A program made the translations under genes and the position numbers. A DNA stretch of 64,000 nucleotides. Origin: Minisyncoccia bacterium (lineage in GTDB: Bacteria > Patescibacteriota > Minisyncoccia > Phycocordibacterales > GWA1-40-21). The notes beneath the pieces were generated by a model that saw only the letters and a program-made list of their open reading frames with translations, did not search any database and was not told the DNA's origin. This document shows positions 55,981 through 64,000 of this stretch, piece after piece. Where the stretch lies: assembly GCA_049695975.1 (NCBI GenBank), contig JBAVTE010000012.1:7665-71664 (forward strand), read 5' to 3'. Each line of letters starts with the position of its first letter. Within the stretch, counting starts at the first letter, position 1.

Positions 55981-58455
55981 TTAAATCCCCTCCATGTCTC
56001 TCCAATTATCCCCCACTGACACATCGGTTTTACAAACCACTCCTTTTGTTTGCTCTGGAGAAACAACACTTTCCATTATATTTTTTATATCTTTTGAAAT
56101 TGTTTCAACAAGTTTTTCCTCAATTTCATAGACAAGTTCGTCGTGAACTTGCAAAATCAATCTAACTTTGTCTGTTAGTTTTTTTCCATGCAAAAACTCA
56201 TCTACTTTTATCATTGAAAGTTTTATAATATCTGCCTCGGTGCCTTGGATAGGTGCGTTTATAGCCATCCTTTCAGCCATTGCGCGGATATATGGCAATG
56301 GTGACTTCAAACCTTCAAAATATCTTCTTCTGCCAAAAAGTGTTTCTGTAAAACCATTTCTTTCTGCCTCTGCTTTTATACTATCCAGATATTTTGCCAA
56401 TCCAGAAAACTTTCTGAAATATTCTTCGAGATATTTTTGTGCCTCTTCCCTTGTGGAATTTATATTTTGTTTTAACGCAAGCACACCCATCCCATACATA
56501 ATTCCAAAATTTATTACTTTTGCCCTCCTCCTCATTTCTTTGTCTACCTTTTCTAGAGGAACTCCAAAAACTTCCGATGCGACAGCAGTATGCACGTCCT
56601 CTCCATTTCTAAAAATTTCTAAAAGTTTTTTATCGCCCGATAGAAATGCTGCTATGCGAAGCTCTATTTGTGAATAATCGAATGAAACAAGTTTGAAACC
56701 TTTTTCCGCAATAAAAACTTTTCTCACATTTCTTCCAAGCTCACTTTTTGTGGGAATATTTTGTAAATTTGGTTCTTGTGAAGACATTCTGCCAGTTGTC
56801 GTCCCAGTCTGTAAAAATTTTGCATGCAATCTATCTTTTTTATCCAAAATTTTTGATATTACATCAATATATGTAGAAAGAAGTTTTTGCAATTCACGAT
56901 AATCAAAAATAAGTGGAACTATCGGATGCATATCTCGCATTTTTTCAAGCTCAGATTCCTTGGTAGATAAATTTCCCCCACCTGTTTTCTTTTGATTTTT
57001 TGCTTTTAAACCAAGTCTATTAAAAAGTATTTCTCCCATCTGTTTTGGGGAGTTTATATTAAATTCTGTCCCCGAGAGTTCCCAAATTTTTTTTTCTTTC
57101 TTGGAAAGTTCGGTGTGATATTCTTTTGAAAGATCTTCGACTTCTTTTTTGTTTATTTTTACTCCAGTTTTTTCCATTTCTAAAATTATTGGAATAAGAG
57201 GTTTTTCTATTTTTTCAAAGACATTTTTAAGACCTTTATTTTCAAGATCTTTCATCAGTATTGCCTTTGCAGAGTCTAAATCTTTTATTCCTGCCTGCCC
57301 CACATGCACAGGCATAGCAGACAGGCCAGTAAGATCAAAAACTTCTTCAAGGGTGGGATTTGTGGTATTTGAATTTAAAAGCCATGTGGCGATAAAAAGT
57401 TCTTTTTGTTTAAAAATATATTCCTTGCTTCCAAAAGTCCCTTCGTCCGCGGTACTATTTCCGTCTGTGTTAGTATAATCCCGAAGCAATCCAGATTCTG
57501 ATTTATTAGGTTGCTTCACTTTGTTCAGAATAACTGAACCTTTTAAAACATCATCAAGCCTGGAACCAAGTGTTCTAAAATCAAGCTCGGCCCAAAGTTG
57601 TTTAATTTTCGATACATCAAAATTTTCTTTCCATGTTTTTTCTGGTAAAACAAAATCAATCGGTGCATCTCTTCTGATAGTTGCAAGCATTTTGGAAAAA
57701 CTTGCTTCTTCTTCCCCATCTTTTAGGAGATTTACAATTCTTTCTGTAATTTTTACATTTTTGAAAGCATTCGTGTCATTTTTTAATTTTTTATATATAT
57801 CTTCTATTGTTCCAAAATTTTGTATGAGAATTTCTGCAGTTTTCTCACCAATTCCTTTTATACCAATAATATTATCAGATGGATCTCCCCGAAGACCTTT
57901 ATAATCCACTAAAAGTTTCGGCAAAAAGCCAAATCTCGCTACCACCGCTTTTTCATCATAAATAATTGTATCTTTAATCCCCTTTTTCAAGGTATAAACT
58001 TTCACCCTACCATCTTCCACAAGCTGTAAAGTATCCATATCACCAGATGCTATGACCACTTCAAGATTTTTTATTTTTTTAGTTTCTTCTACTATTGTAC
58101 CAATGATATCATCCGCCTCAAAACCTTCTTTGTCATAAATAGGAATATTAAGTGCTGTAAAAATATTTCTAGATCTTTTGAGCTGTGAAATAAGCCCTTC
58201 GTCTGTCTTTGCTCTACCTGCTTTATAATCTTTGTAGGCCTCATGTCTGTATGTCGGCTTTGGAAGATCAAAACATGCGACAATGTAATCTGGTTTGAGT
58301 TCGGTAATTATTGCAAGTAACATTGTCGAAAGGCCATAGAGTGCTCCAGTAGGTTCGCCTTTACTTGACACAAAATCAGGCAATGCATGATAAGCACGAT
58401 GAATAATAGCGTGAGAATCTAGTAAAACAAGTTTTTTGTTTTTTTCTTTTTCCAC
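55981..58455 (-). CDS. polA: DNA polymerase I
   Basis: 5'-nuclease N-terminus (LVLLDSHAIIHRAYHA) and family-A polymerase motifs (RRRAKVINFGIMYGMG, QVHDELVYE). Confidence 0.9.
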   Translation of the reverse strand: MEKEKNKKLVLLDSHAIIHRAYHALPDFVSSKGEPTGALYGLSTMLLAIITELKPDYIVACFDLPKPTYRHEAYKDYKAGRAKTDEGLISQLKRSRNIFTALNIPIYDKEGFEADDIIGTIVEETKKIKNLEVVIASGDMDTLQLVEDGRVKVYTLKKGIKDTIIYDEKAVVARFGFLPKLLVDYKGLRGDPSDNIIGIKGIGEKTAEILIQNFGTIEDIYKKLKNDTNAFKNVKITERIVNLLKDGEEEASFSKMLATIRRDAPIDFVLPEKTWKENFDVSKIKQLWAELDFRTLGSRLDDVLKGSVILNKVKQPNKSESGLLRDYTNTDGNSTADEGTFGSKEYIFKQKELFIATWLLNSNTTNPTLEEVFDLTGLSAMPVHVGQAGIKDLDSAKAILMKDLENKGLKNVFEKIEKPLIPIILEMEKTGVKINKKEVEDLSKEYHTELSKKEKKIWELSGTEFNINSPKQMGEILFNRLGLKAKNQKKTGGGNLSTKESELEKMRDMHPIVPLIFDYRELQKLLSTYIDVISKILDKKDRLHAKFLQTGTTTGRMSSQEPNLQNIPTKSELGRNVRKVFIAEKGFKLVSFDYSQIELRIAAFLSGDKKLLEIFRNGEDVHTAVASEVFGVPLEKVDKEMRRRAKVINFGIMYGMGVLALKQNINSTREEAQKYLEEYFRKFSGLAKYLDSIKAEAERNGFTETLFGRRRYFEGLKSPLPYIRAMAERMAINAPIQGTEADIIKLSMIKVDEFLHGKKLTDKVRLILQVHDELVYEIEEKLVETISKDIKNIMESVVSPEQTKGVVCKTDVSVGDNWRDMEGI

Positions 58456-58458
58456 AAT

Positions 58459-59151
58459 TTATTTAATTTGACTAATTTTAATCATAAGTGAATTTACTTC
58501 TAATTCTTTTTGAGAAATACTTGAACCTAATTTATTAATTTCCTCAGAAACATTCTTTTCTTCTCTCTCAAAATCAGAAATTTGTCTTTTTTTAAAGACA
58601 AGCTCTGCCTCTATTTTTTCTTTTTCTCCTTTTTTTATATCAACTTTTTTATCTTCATTTTTTGGAATTTTTTTCATCTCTGTTTCTAGAAATCTAGTTC
58701 GCTGATCTATAGAGCTTAGTTCTGTTTTTTTATTTTGCAATTCAATCTCTATTTTTTGTATCTCTTTTTTCAAAGAATCAGCATTAATTTTTAATTTATC
58801 AAGCTCAGATTTAAGAGAAGAAGCTTTCGTATTCTGACTTTCTAGACCAAATTTTAAAAAATTAAGATCTCCTTCTTCCTTTTTGATTTTAAATCCAAGC
58901 TCGCTCACTATTTGCTTTGACAAAATGATGCTTTTTTTAAAATCATTCAGTCTAATCTCCTTACTTCTCATTTCCATCCGTAAGCGAGTGATATCCTGTT
59001 TTAAATTACTTACTTTGAGTATTAAAACATTTTTCTCTCTCTGTTTTTGTGCATTTTTAATATTTTCATTATCTCTTTTAGCCTCTTCAACTAGCTTTTT
59101 CTTATCAAATATATTGTCGTTCAAGGATGTCTTTGTATTATTATTTAACAT
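58459..59151 (-). CDS. hypothetical coiled-coil protein (Lys/Glu-rich)
   Basis: 230 aa predicted all-helical with a heptad-like composition. Confidence 0.35.
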   Translation of the reverse strand: MLNNNTKTSLNDNIFDKKKLVEEAKRDNENIKNAQKQREKNVLILKVSNLKQDITRLRMEMRSKEIRLNDFKKSIILSKQIVSELGFKIKKEEGDLNFLKFGLESQNTKASSLKSELDKLKINADSLKKEIQKIEIELQNKKTELSSIDQRTRFLETEMKKIPKNEDKKVDIKKGEKEKIEAELVFKKRQISDFEREEKNVSEEINKLGSSISQKELEVNSLMIKISQIK

Positions 59152-59169
59152 ATTTTATATTATATCAGA

Positions 59170-59604
59170 TTAAATCTCTATCTCCCTTTCATTTTCTGAA
59201 ATAAATTTAAAGTTTATTTTCAAATGATTTTCTGGCAAAATACCTAAAACATTTTCTGGCCATTCTATTAAAATTAAATTTTTTGAATTTGATAATGCTT
59301 CTTTCCAAGAAAGTTTTTCTAGTTCTTCTGGACTTTCTAGTCTATATGCATCAATATGGATTAATTTTGTAAAAAAATGATATGAAATAGGATATATTTT
59401 TTCTATAACAAAAGTCGGACTTGTAATATTTCCTTTTACTCCTAAAATTTTTGCAATAGCTTTTGTAAAAGTTGTCTTTCCAGAACCGAGATCTCCGTAA
59501 AGCCCAACTACACAAGCTCCGTCATAAAATCCAACAGAAAGTTTCTCTACAAAATTTCTTGCGACTTCTTCGGTATCCACCAAACTTTTGCTGATTATCT
59601 TCAT
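59170..59604 (-). CDS. tsaE: tRNA threonylcarbamoyladenosine biosynthesis protein TsaE
   Basis: YGDLGSGKTTFTKAI Walker A, SPTFVIEKIY and HIDAYRL. Start set at MKIISKS because the ORF-track start would overlap the upstream terminator. Confidence 0.8.
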   Translation of the reverse strand: MKIISKSLVDTEEVARNFVEKLSVGFYDGACVVGLYGDLGSGKTTFTKAIAKILGVKGNITSPTFVIEKIYPISYHFFTKLIHIDAYRLESPEELEKLSWKEALSNSKNLILIEWPENVLGILPENHLKINFKFISENEREIEI

Positions 59605-59640
59605 AAAAACATGATAACATATGAAAACAAGTAAAAAAAT

Positions 59641-59667
59641 AGGGCGCGGTTGTAGCAACCACGCCCT
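59641..59667 (-). terminator. rho-independent terminator after the lipoprotein gene
   Basis: AGGGCGCGGTTG-TAG-CAACCACGCCCT (12-bp stem with one G-U pair) followed by a U-run on the minus strand. Confidence 0.55.
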
Positions 59668-59687
59668 AAAACTTTTTTTCCTAAAAA

Positions 59688-59957
59688 TTATCTCCATCTC
59701 CTCCCATGTCCCTCATATCCATACCAGGAATGACCGTAATAGTAATATCTTCCATAATAAGGTCTGTACACTGGATATGCCGGATAAATCACCACCGGAC
59801 TCGGCACATAAACAGGTGGAGGATAAGGTTGTGTCACAATCACAGATGATGGAGGGGGCGAATATACAACAGGATAGCCATTTGGATCCACAATCATTAC
59901 ACACCCACCTAACAATAAACCAAACACCAAACAAAGAACAATCGAAAAAATTTTCAT
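59688..59957 (-). CDS. small Pro/Tyr-rich lipoprotein
   Basis: Signal peptide with lipobox LLLGGC; PPxY/YPxY-rich mature part. Confidence 0.45.
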   Translation of the reverse strand: MKIFSIVLCLVFGLLLGGCVMIVDPNGYPVVYSPPPSSVIVTQPYPPPVYVPSPVVIYPAYPVYRPYYGRYYYYGHSWYGYEGHGRRWR

Positions 59958-60086
59958 ATCAATCCTCCTTAATTGTTTAAGAATTTCAACACAAAATTTT
60001 CTTTTTTTAGTTTACATCTAAGTAACTTTTTTGTCAAGTATAAAACCTGAAGTGTTTTATAAAAAAAATGTTACAATATTATCAAT

Positions 60087-61766
60087 ATGGTAGATTTTGA
60101 TGATAAAAAACAACAAGGGAGAATAGATGATTTAAAAAAAAAGGAAGAGGAGGATGTTGCAAAAATTCTTGCTGGAAGATATGGAGTGGGATATCTAGAT
60201 CTCACCCCCATTCCGATCAATACTGATGCTCTTCGTATTGTCCCTGAAGAATTGGCAAAAGAGACCAACACCGCAGTCTTCCAAGAAGTAAATAAAAGAA
60301 TACAGATTGCCGTTCTTTCACCAAGGTACGAAAAGACTATGGCTCTCTTACAGAAACTTATCGATGACGGCTACTTCCCCACTGTGTTTATGGTCTCCAA
60401 AGCCAGTTTGGAAAAAGCTTGGAGTAGATATAAAGACCTTTCCTATGCTTCCGAAAGCCGAGCTGGAACTTTTGATATTTCAGATGAACAAATCTTGATT
60501 CTTATAGACAAAATAAAAAAACTTGGAGATGTAAAAAGAGAAATAGATAGTTTGCTCGGCATAAAACAAACTTACAAAATTTCAAAAATAATGGAAATCA
60601 TGCTCGCAGGAGCTCTTTCACTTTCTGCTTCTGATATTCACATTGAGCCAGAAGAAACATATGTAAAAATGCGATATCGTCTAGATGGAGTTCTAGTAGA
60701 TGTTATTGAGCTTAGTAATGAAAACTACAATTTAATACTCTCGAGAATTAAACTTCTATCTGGACTCAAATTAAATGTTAACGAAGAGGCTCAAGACGGC
60801 AGGTTCAGTGTAAAAATAAAAGACAACAACATTGAAATCCGAACTTCTGTTTTGCCGGGTAATTATAATGAATCTATTGTAATGAGACTCTTAAATCCAA
60901 AGACTATTGCTGTGCCACTCGAAGATTTGGGTATTCACCCACGTACTCTCTCGGCACTTATTACACAAATAGAAAGACCAGAAGGAATGCTTCTTATTAC
61001 AGGTCCAACTGGCTCCGGTAAAACCACCACCCTCTACGCATTTTTAAAAAAAATAATCAGTTCAGAAATTAAAGTTATTACTATTGAAGATCCTATAGAA
61101 TATCACTTAGATGGAGTCGTTCAAACCCAAGTCGAAAATGATAAAGGCTATACTTTTCTATCTGGACTTCGCTCAGCTCTGCGACAAGACCCCGATGTCA
61201 TCATGGTTGGAGAAATTCGTGACTCAGAAACTGCAGATACTGCAATAGACGCAGCAAATACTGGTCACTTGGTTTTCTCTACACTCCATGCCAATAGCGC
61301 CTCCGGCGCCTTCCCCCGCCTTATAGGACTCGGAGTAAATCCAAAAATTATTTCCTCAGCTATCAATGTTGCAATGGCACAAAGACTCGTTAGAAAACTT
61401 TGTGTATCGTGTAAAAAAGAAAAATTATTATCAAAAGAAGAAAAAATTACATTTGAAAGAATTATTTCTGAAATTACAGATCCATCTTACATATCAGGAA
61501 TCCAAAGAGAAAAAGTTTGGGAAGCAGTAGGTTGTGAAAAATGCCACGCAGGATACAAAGGCAGAATTGCAGTGTGTGAAATAATTCTTATGAACAAAAA
61601 AGTTGAAGAAGCAATAGTAAATAATCCAAGCGAAAGAGAAGTCAAAGACGCATCTCTCGAACAAAATTTTTTAGATATGAAACAAGATGGAATAATAAAA
61701 ATTTTACAGAGCGTCACTTCCTTAGATGAGCTCAAAAGAGTTATCGACCTTGAAGAGAAGCAATAG
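60087..61766 (+). CDS. GspE/PilB-family secretion ATPase (third copy, stand-alone)
   Basis: GspE_N domain, Walker A GPTGSGKTTTLYAFL, Asp and His boxes, tetracysteine CVSC...CEKCHAGYKGRIAVCE. Confidence 0.85.
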   Translation: MVDFDDKKQQGRIDDLKKKEEEDVAKILAGRYGVGYLDLTPIPINTDALRIVPEELAKETNTAVFQEVNKRIQIAVLSPRYEKTMALLQKLIDDGYFPTVFMVSKASLEKAWSRYKDLSYASESRAGTFDISDEQILILIDKIKKLGDVKREIDSLLGIKQTYKISKIMEIMLAGALSLSASDIHIEPEETYVKMRYRLDGVLVDVIELSNENYNLILSRIKLLSGLKLNVNEEAQDGRFSVKIKDNNIEIRTSVLPGNYNESIVMRLLNPKTIAVPLEDLGIHPRTLSALITQIERPEGMLLITGPTGSGKTTTLYAFLKKIISSEIKVITIEDPIEYHLDGVVQTQVENDKGYTFLSGLRSALRQDPDVIMVGEIRDSETADTAIDAANTGHLVFSTLHANSASGAFPRLIGLGVNPKIISSAINVAMAQRLVRKLCVSCKKEKLLSKEEKITFERIISEITDPSYISGIQREKVWEAVGCEKCHAGYKGRIAVCEIILMNKKVEEAIVNNPSEREVKDASLEQNFLDMKQDGIIKILQSVTSLDELKRVIDLEEKQ

Positions 61767-62111
61767 TTGTTCTTTAATTTTTTTAGTTCTTGATTTTCTT
61801 TGGCGAGAGCATAGTATGTTAAATAGTGAACATTGAAAATTAAAATTTCACCTTGTGGGTGAAATTGAGTCGAGAGCAGAAATCTCTAAACAATACTTTA
61901 AACTTGGCGTGTAAAGTTAAACTTAGCTTTAAGGATAACCTCAGCAGTAATCCGAAGATTAAAACCACGATGTCCTTGAAGATAAATTCGTAAATACCCT
62001 TGCGGGATTCAATTGTTTAGAGATTTGTGCGCTCCACTTTTAAAAAACGAAAAACGAAACAAAAAGACCCGAAAGTAGGTCTCTGCAAAGAGTATATCAC
62101 AAAACAATCTT

Positions 62112-63161
62112 ATGTCAAGCAAAAATGATAAAAAAAAAGAAAATTCTGAGAATACCGATGATTTAAGCCCTAAAAATGCTGACACGAATTTTTTAGACCA
62201 AACACTTAGACCCAATACATGGACTGAATATATCGGGCAAAAAAATATCAAAGAAAATTTAAAAATTCTACTTACTGCTGCTTCAGAGAGAAAACATCCA
62301 CCCGAACATTTACTTTTTTATGGTCCTCCAGGGCTAGGGAAGACTACTCTTGCTCATCTTATTGCAAAAGAAACTCGTTCCCAACTAAAATGTACATCGG
62401 GGCCTGCAATAGAAAAAGTTGGTGACCTTGCATCCATACTTACGAATCTCTCTCCCGGTGATATTTTGTTTATAGACGAAATCCATAGGCTCAACAAAGC
62501 TATCGAGGAGGTACTCTACCCTGCCATGGAGTCAGGCAATCTTGATATTATTATTGGTAAGGGTCCATCAGCGAGAACTATCCAGCTTGAACTTCCCCCT
62601 TTCACTCTTATTGCTGCCACTACTCGTATCGCACTACTTTCTGCGCCACTCCGATCACGTTTTTCTGGTGGTGTATTTCGTTTAGAGTTTTATACAGATG
62701 AAGAAATAGAACAAATCATAAATCGCTCAAGCAAAATACTAAAAGTACCGATGGAAAGCGATGCGGAAAAAGAAATCGCAAAGAGAAGTCGATTTACACC
62801 GAGAACCGCAAACTATTTTCTGAAAAGATGCCGTGATCTTGCACAGGTTCGTAAAGAAAAACTTTCAAAAAAGATGGTGATAGAAGCACTTAATCTTCTT
62901 GGTATAGATGAAATGGGTCTCGGCCCTTCAGACCGCACTCTTTTGACTGTAATTGAAGATAAATTCAACGGTGGGCCCGTCGGTCTCAACACTTTAGCTG
63001 CCGCACTTTCCGAAGAACAAGCTACGATAGAGGATGTTTATGAACCCTATCTACTCCAGCTCGGTTTCCTAGAAAGAACTTCCCGTGGACGCGTGATTAC
63101 AGATAGAGCGAGAAAACATCTCGGCAAAAAACTTCAAGGTTTAGATTTAGAGAATAAATAA
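62112..63161 (+). CDS. ruvB: Holliday junction DNA helicase RuvB
   Basis: LLFYGPPGLGKTTLAHLIA Walker A, sensor motifs and C-terminal winged helix. Confidence 0.9.
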   Translation: MSSKNDKKKENSENTDDLSPKNADTNFLDQTLRPNTWTEYIGQKNIKENLKILLTAASERKHPPEHLLFYGPPGLGKTTLAHLIAKETRSQLKCTSGPAIEKVGDLASILTNLSPGDILFIDEIHRLNKAIEEVLYPAMESGNLDIIIGKGPSARTIQLELPPFTLIAATTRIALLSAPLRSRFSGGVFRLEFYTDEEIEQIINRSSKILKVPMESDAEKEIAKRSRFTPRTANYFLKRCRDLAQVRKEKLSKKMVIEALNLLGIDEMGLGPSDRTLLTVIEDKFNGGPVGLNTLAAALSEEQATIEDVYEPYLLQLGFLERTSRGRVITDRARKHLGKKLQGLDLENK

Positions 63162-63226
63162 AACACCCTCGTAAATTGAGGATGTTTTATAATTGAAAAA
63201 AAATAAAATTCTGATAGGATAGTCTT

Positions 63227-63757
63227 ATGTCAGGGCACAATAAATTCTCAAAAATAAAGAGGTTAAAAGCAAAAAACGATGCTCAAAAAAGCAAAGTTTT
63301 TTCAAAAATGGTGAAGTTGATTTCAGTAGCTTCAAGGAAATCAAAAGGTGATATCAATTCTGCAGAATTAAGATCTGCAATAGAAAAAGCAAGATCAATA
63401 GATATGCCAAACGACAGTATTGATAGAGCTGTAAAAAAGGCGTCTGAAAAAGGTGGCGCGGAAATGGAATCTATTACATATGAGTCATACGGCCCAGGTG
63501 GTGTTGCTATTATTATTGAAGCTCTTACTGACAATAGAAACAAAGCTGCAGGAGAAGTAAAACACATCCTTTCAGAACATGGTTCAGTACTCGCGTCCCC
63601 TGGAAGTGCCTCATGGGCATATGAGAGAAAAGATGGTGAGTGGGTTCCAAAAACCACAATGTCTATTTCTGAAGAAGATAGTGCAAAACTTGAGTCACTC
63701 ATAGATGCCCTCGAAGAAAATGATGAAGTGCAGGATGTTTACACGAACGCTGAGTAA
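63227..63757 (+). CDS. yebC: YebC/PmpR family DNA-binding protein (short form)
   Basis: MSGHNKFSKIKRLKAKNDAQKSKVFSKMVKLI N-terminus characteristic of YebC; lies between ruvB and ruvC. Confidence 0.75.
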   Translation: MSGHNKFSKIKRLKAKNDAQKSKVFSKMVKLISVASRKSKGDINSAELRSAIEKARSIDMPNDSIDRAVKKASEKGGAEMESITYESYGPGGVAIIIEALTDNRNKAAGEVKHILSEHGSVLASPGSASWAYERKDGEWVPKTTMSISEEDSAKLESLIDALEENDEVQDVYTNAE

Positions 63758-63781
63758 AAAACACTTTTTTTATAATTTTAT

Positions 63782-64000
63782 ATGAAAATAATTTCCGTAG
63801 ACCCTGGATATGAAAGGCTTGGAATTGCTATTTTGGAAAAAGAGAATGGCAAAGAGGTTTTGATCTTTTCAGAGTGTTTTAAAACATCTGCAAAGCTACC
63901 TCATAGTGAAAGATTACATTTGATAGGCAAAGAACTAGGAGAAGTAATAGAAAAATACAAACCCGAAGCTCTAGCAATAGAAACATTATTTTTTGCTAAA
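63782..64000 (+). CDS. ruvC: crossover junction endodeoxyribonuclease RuvC (3' end lies outside the window)
   Basis: MKIISVDPGYERLGIAILEK... RNase H-like fold N-terminus; ruvB-yebC-ruvC neighbourhood. Confidence 0.8.
   Translation, partial: MKIISVDPGYERLGIAILEKENGKEVLIFSECFKTSAKLPHSERLHLIGKELGEVIEKYKPEALAIETLFFAK

Noticed and set aside
61990-62010. GCGGGATTCAATTG considered as a tRNA T-arm (GGTTCGAATCC-like)
   Set aside because: No acceptor-stem complementarity, no D-arm or anticodon-arm geometry, and no CCA context around it.

Overview
This 64 kb window is AT-rich (about 33-35% GC by eye) and densely coding. It looks like a reduced-genome bacterium, possibly Patescibacteria/CPR-like; that is my inference. 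Nearly all genes between about 2.4 kb and 52.3 kb lie on the minus strand.

Recognisable content:
- Core information-processing genes: an ftsK 3' fragment, efp, recA, rpsF-ssb-rpsR, glyQS, recO, ileS, argS, dinB, secE-nusG-rplK, metG, tatD, nusA, tig, polA, tsaE, ruvB, yebC and a ruvC 5' fragment.
- A compact nucleotide-metabolism operon: ndk, dCMP deaminase, a P-loop kinase, glyA and dut.
- Two type IV pilus operons, each with PilB, PilC and several prepilins; the first also has a PilM(-PilN) fusion and a giant repetitive adhesin-like protein. A third stand-alone PilB-like ATPase is also present.

Most unusual observations:
1. The IleRS gene carries an in-frame insertion of a complete histidine-phosphatase (RHG...SH, PGAM-like) domain inside its catalytic core.
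2. Two families of conserved intergenic elements, two copies each, are each enclosed by a long outer stem whose sequence differs between copies. They sit exactly in terminator positions and show compensatory base changes.
3. A Phd/YefM antitoxin is followed by a RelE/ParE toxin gene that is intact apart from a single in-frame TAG stop.
4. Two copies of a short palindromic repeat (which translate as WIPAFAGM / SCLRRNDRE) sit in the 3' tail of a 1345-aa beta-helix/lipase secreted protein.

I found no tRNA, rRNA or CRISPR array.
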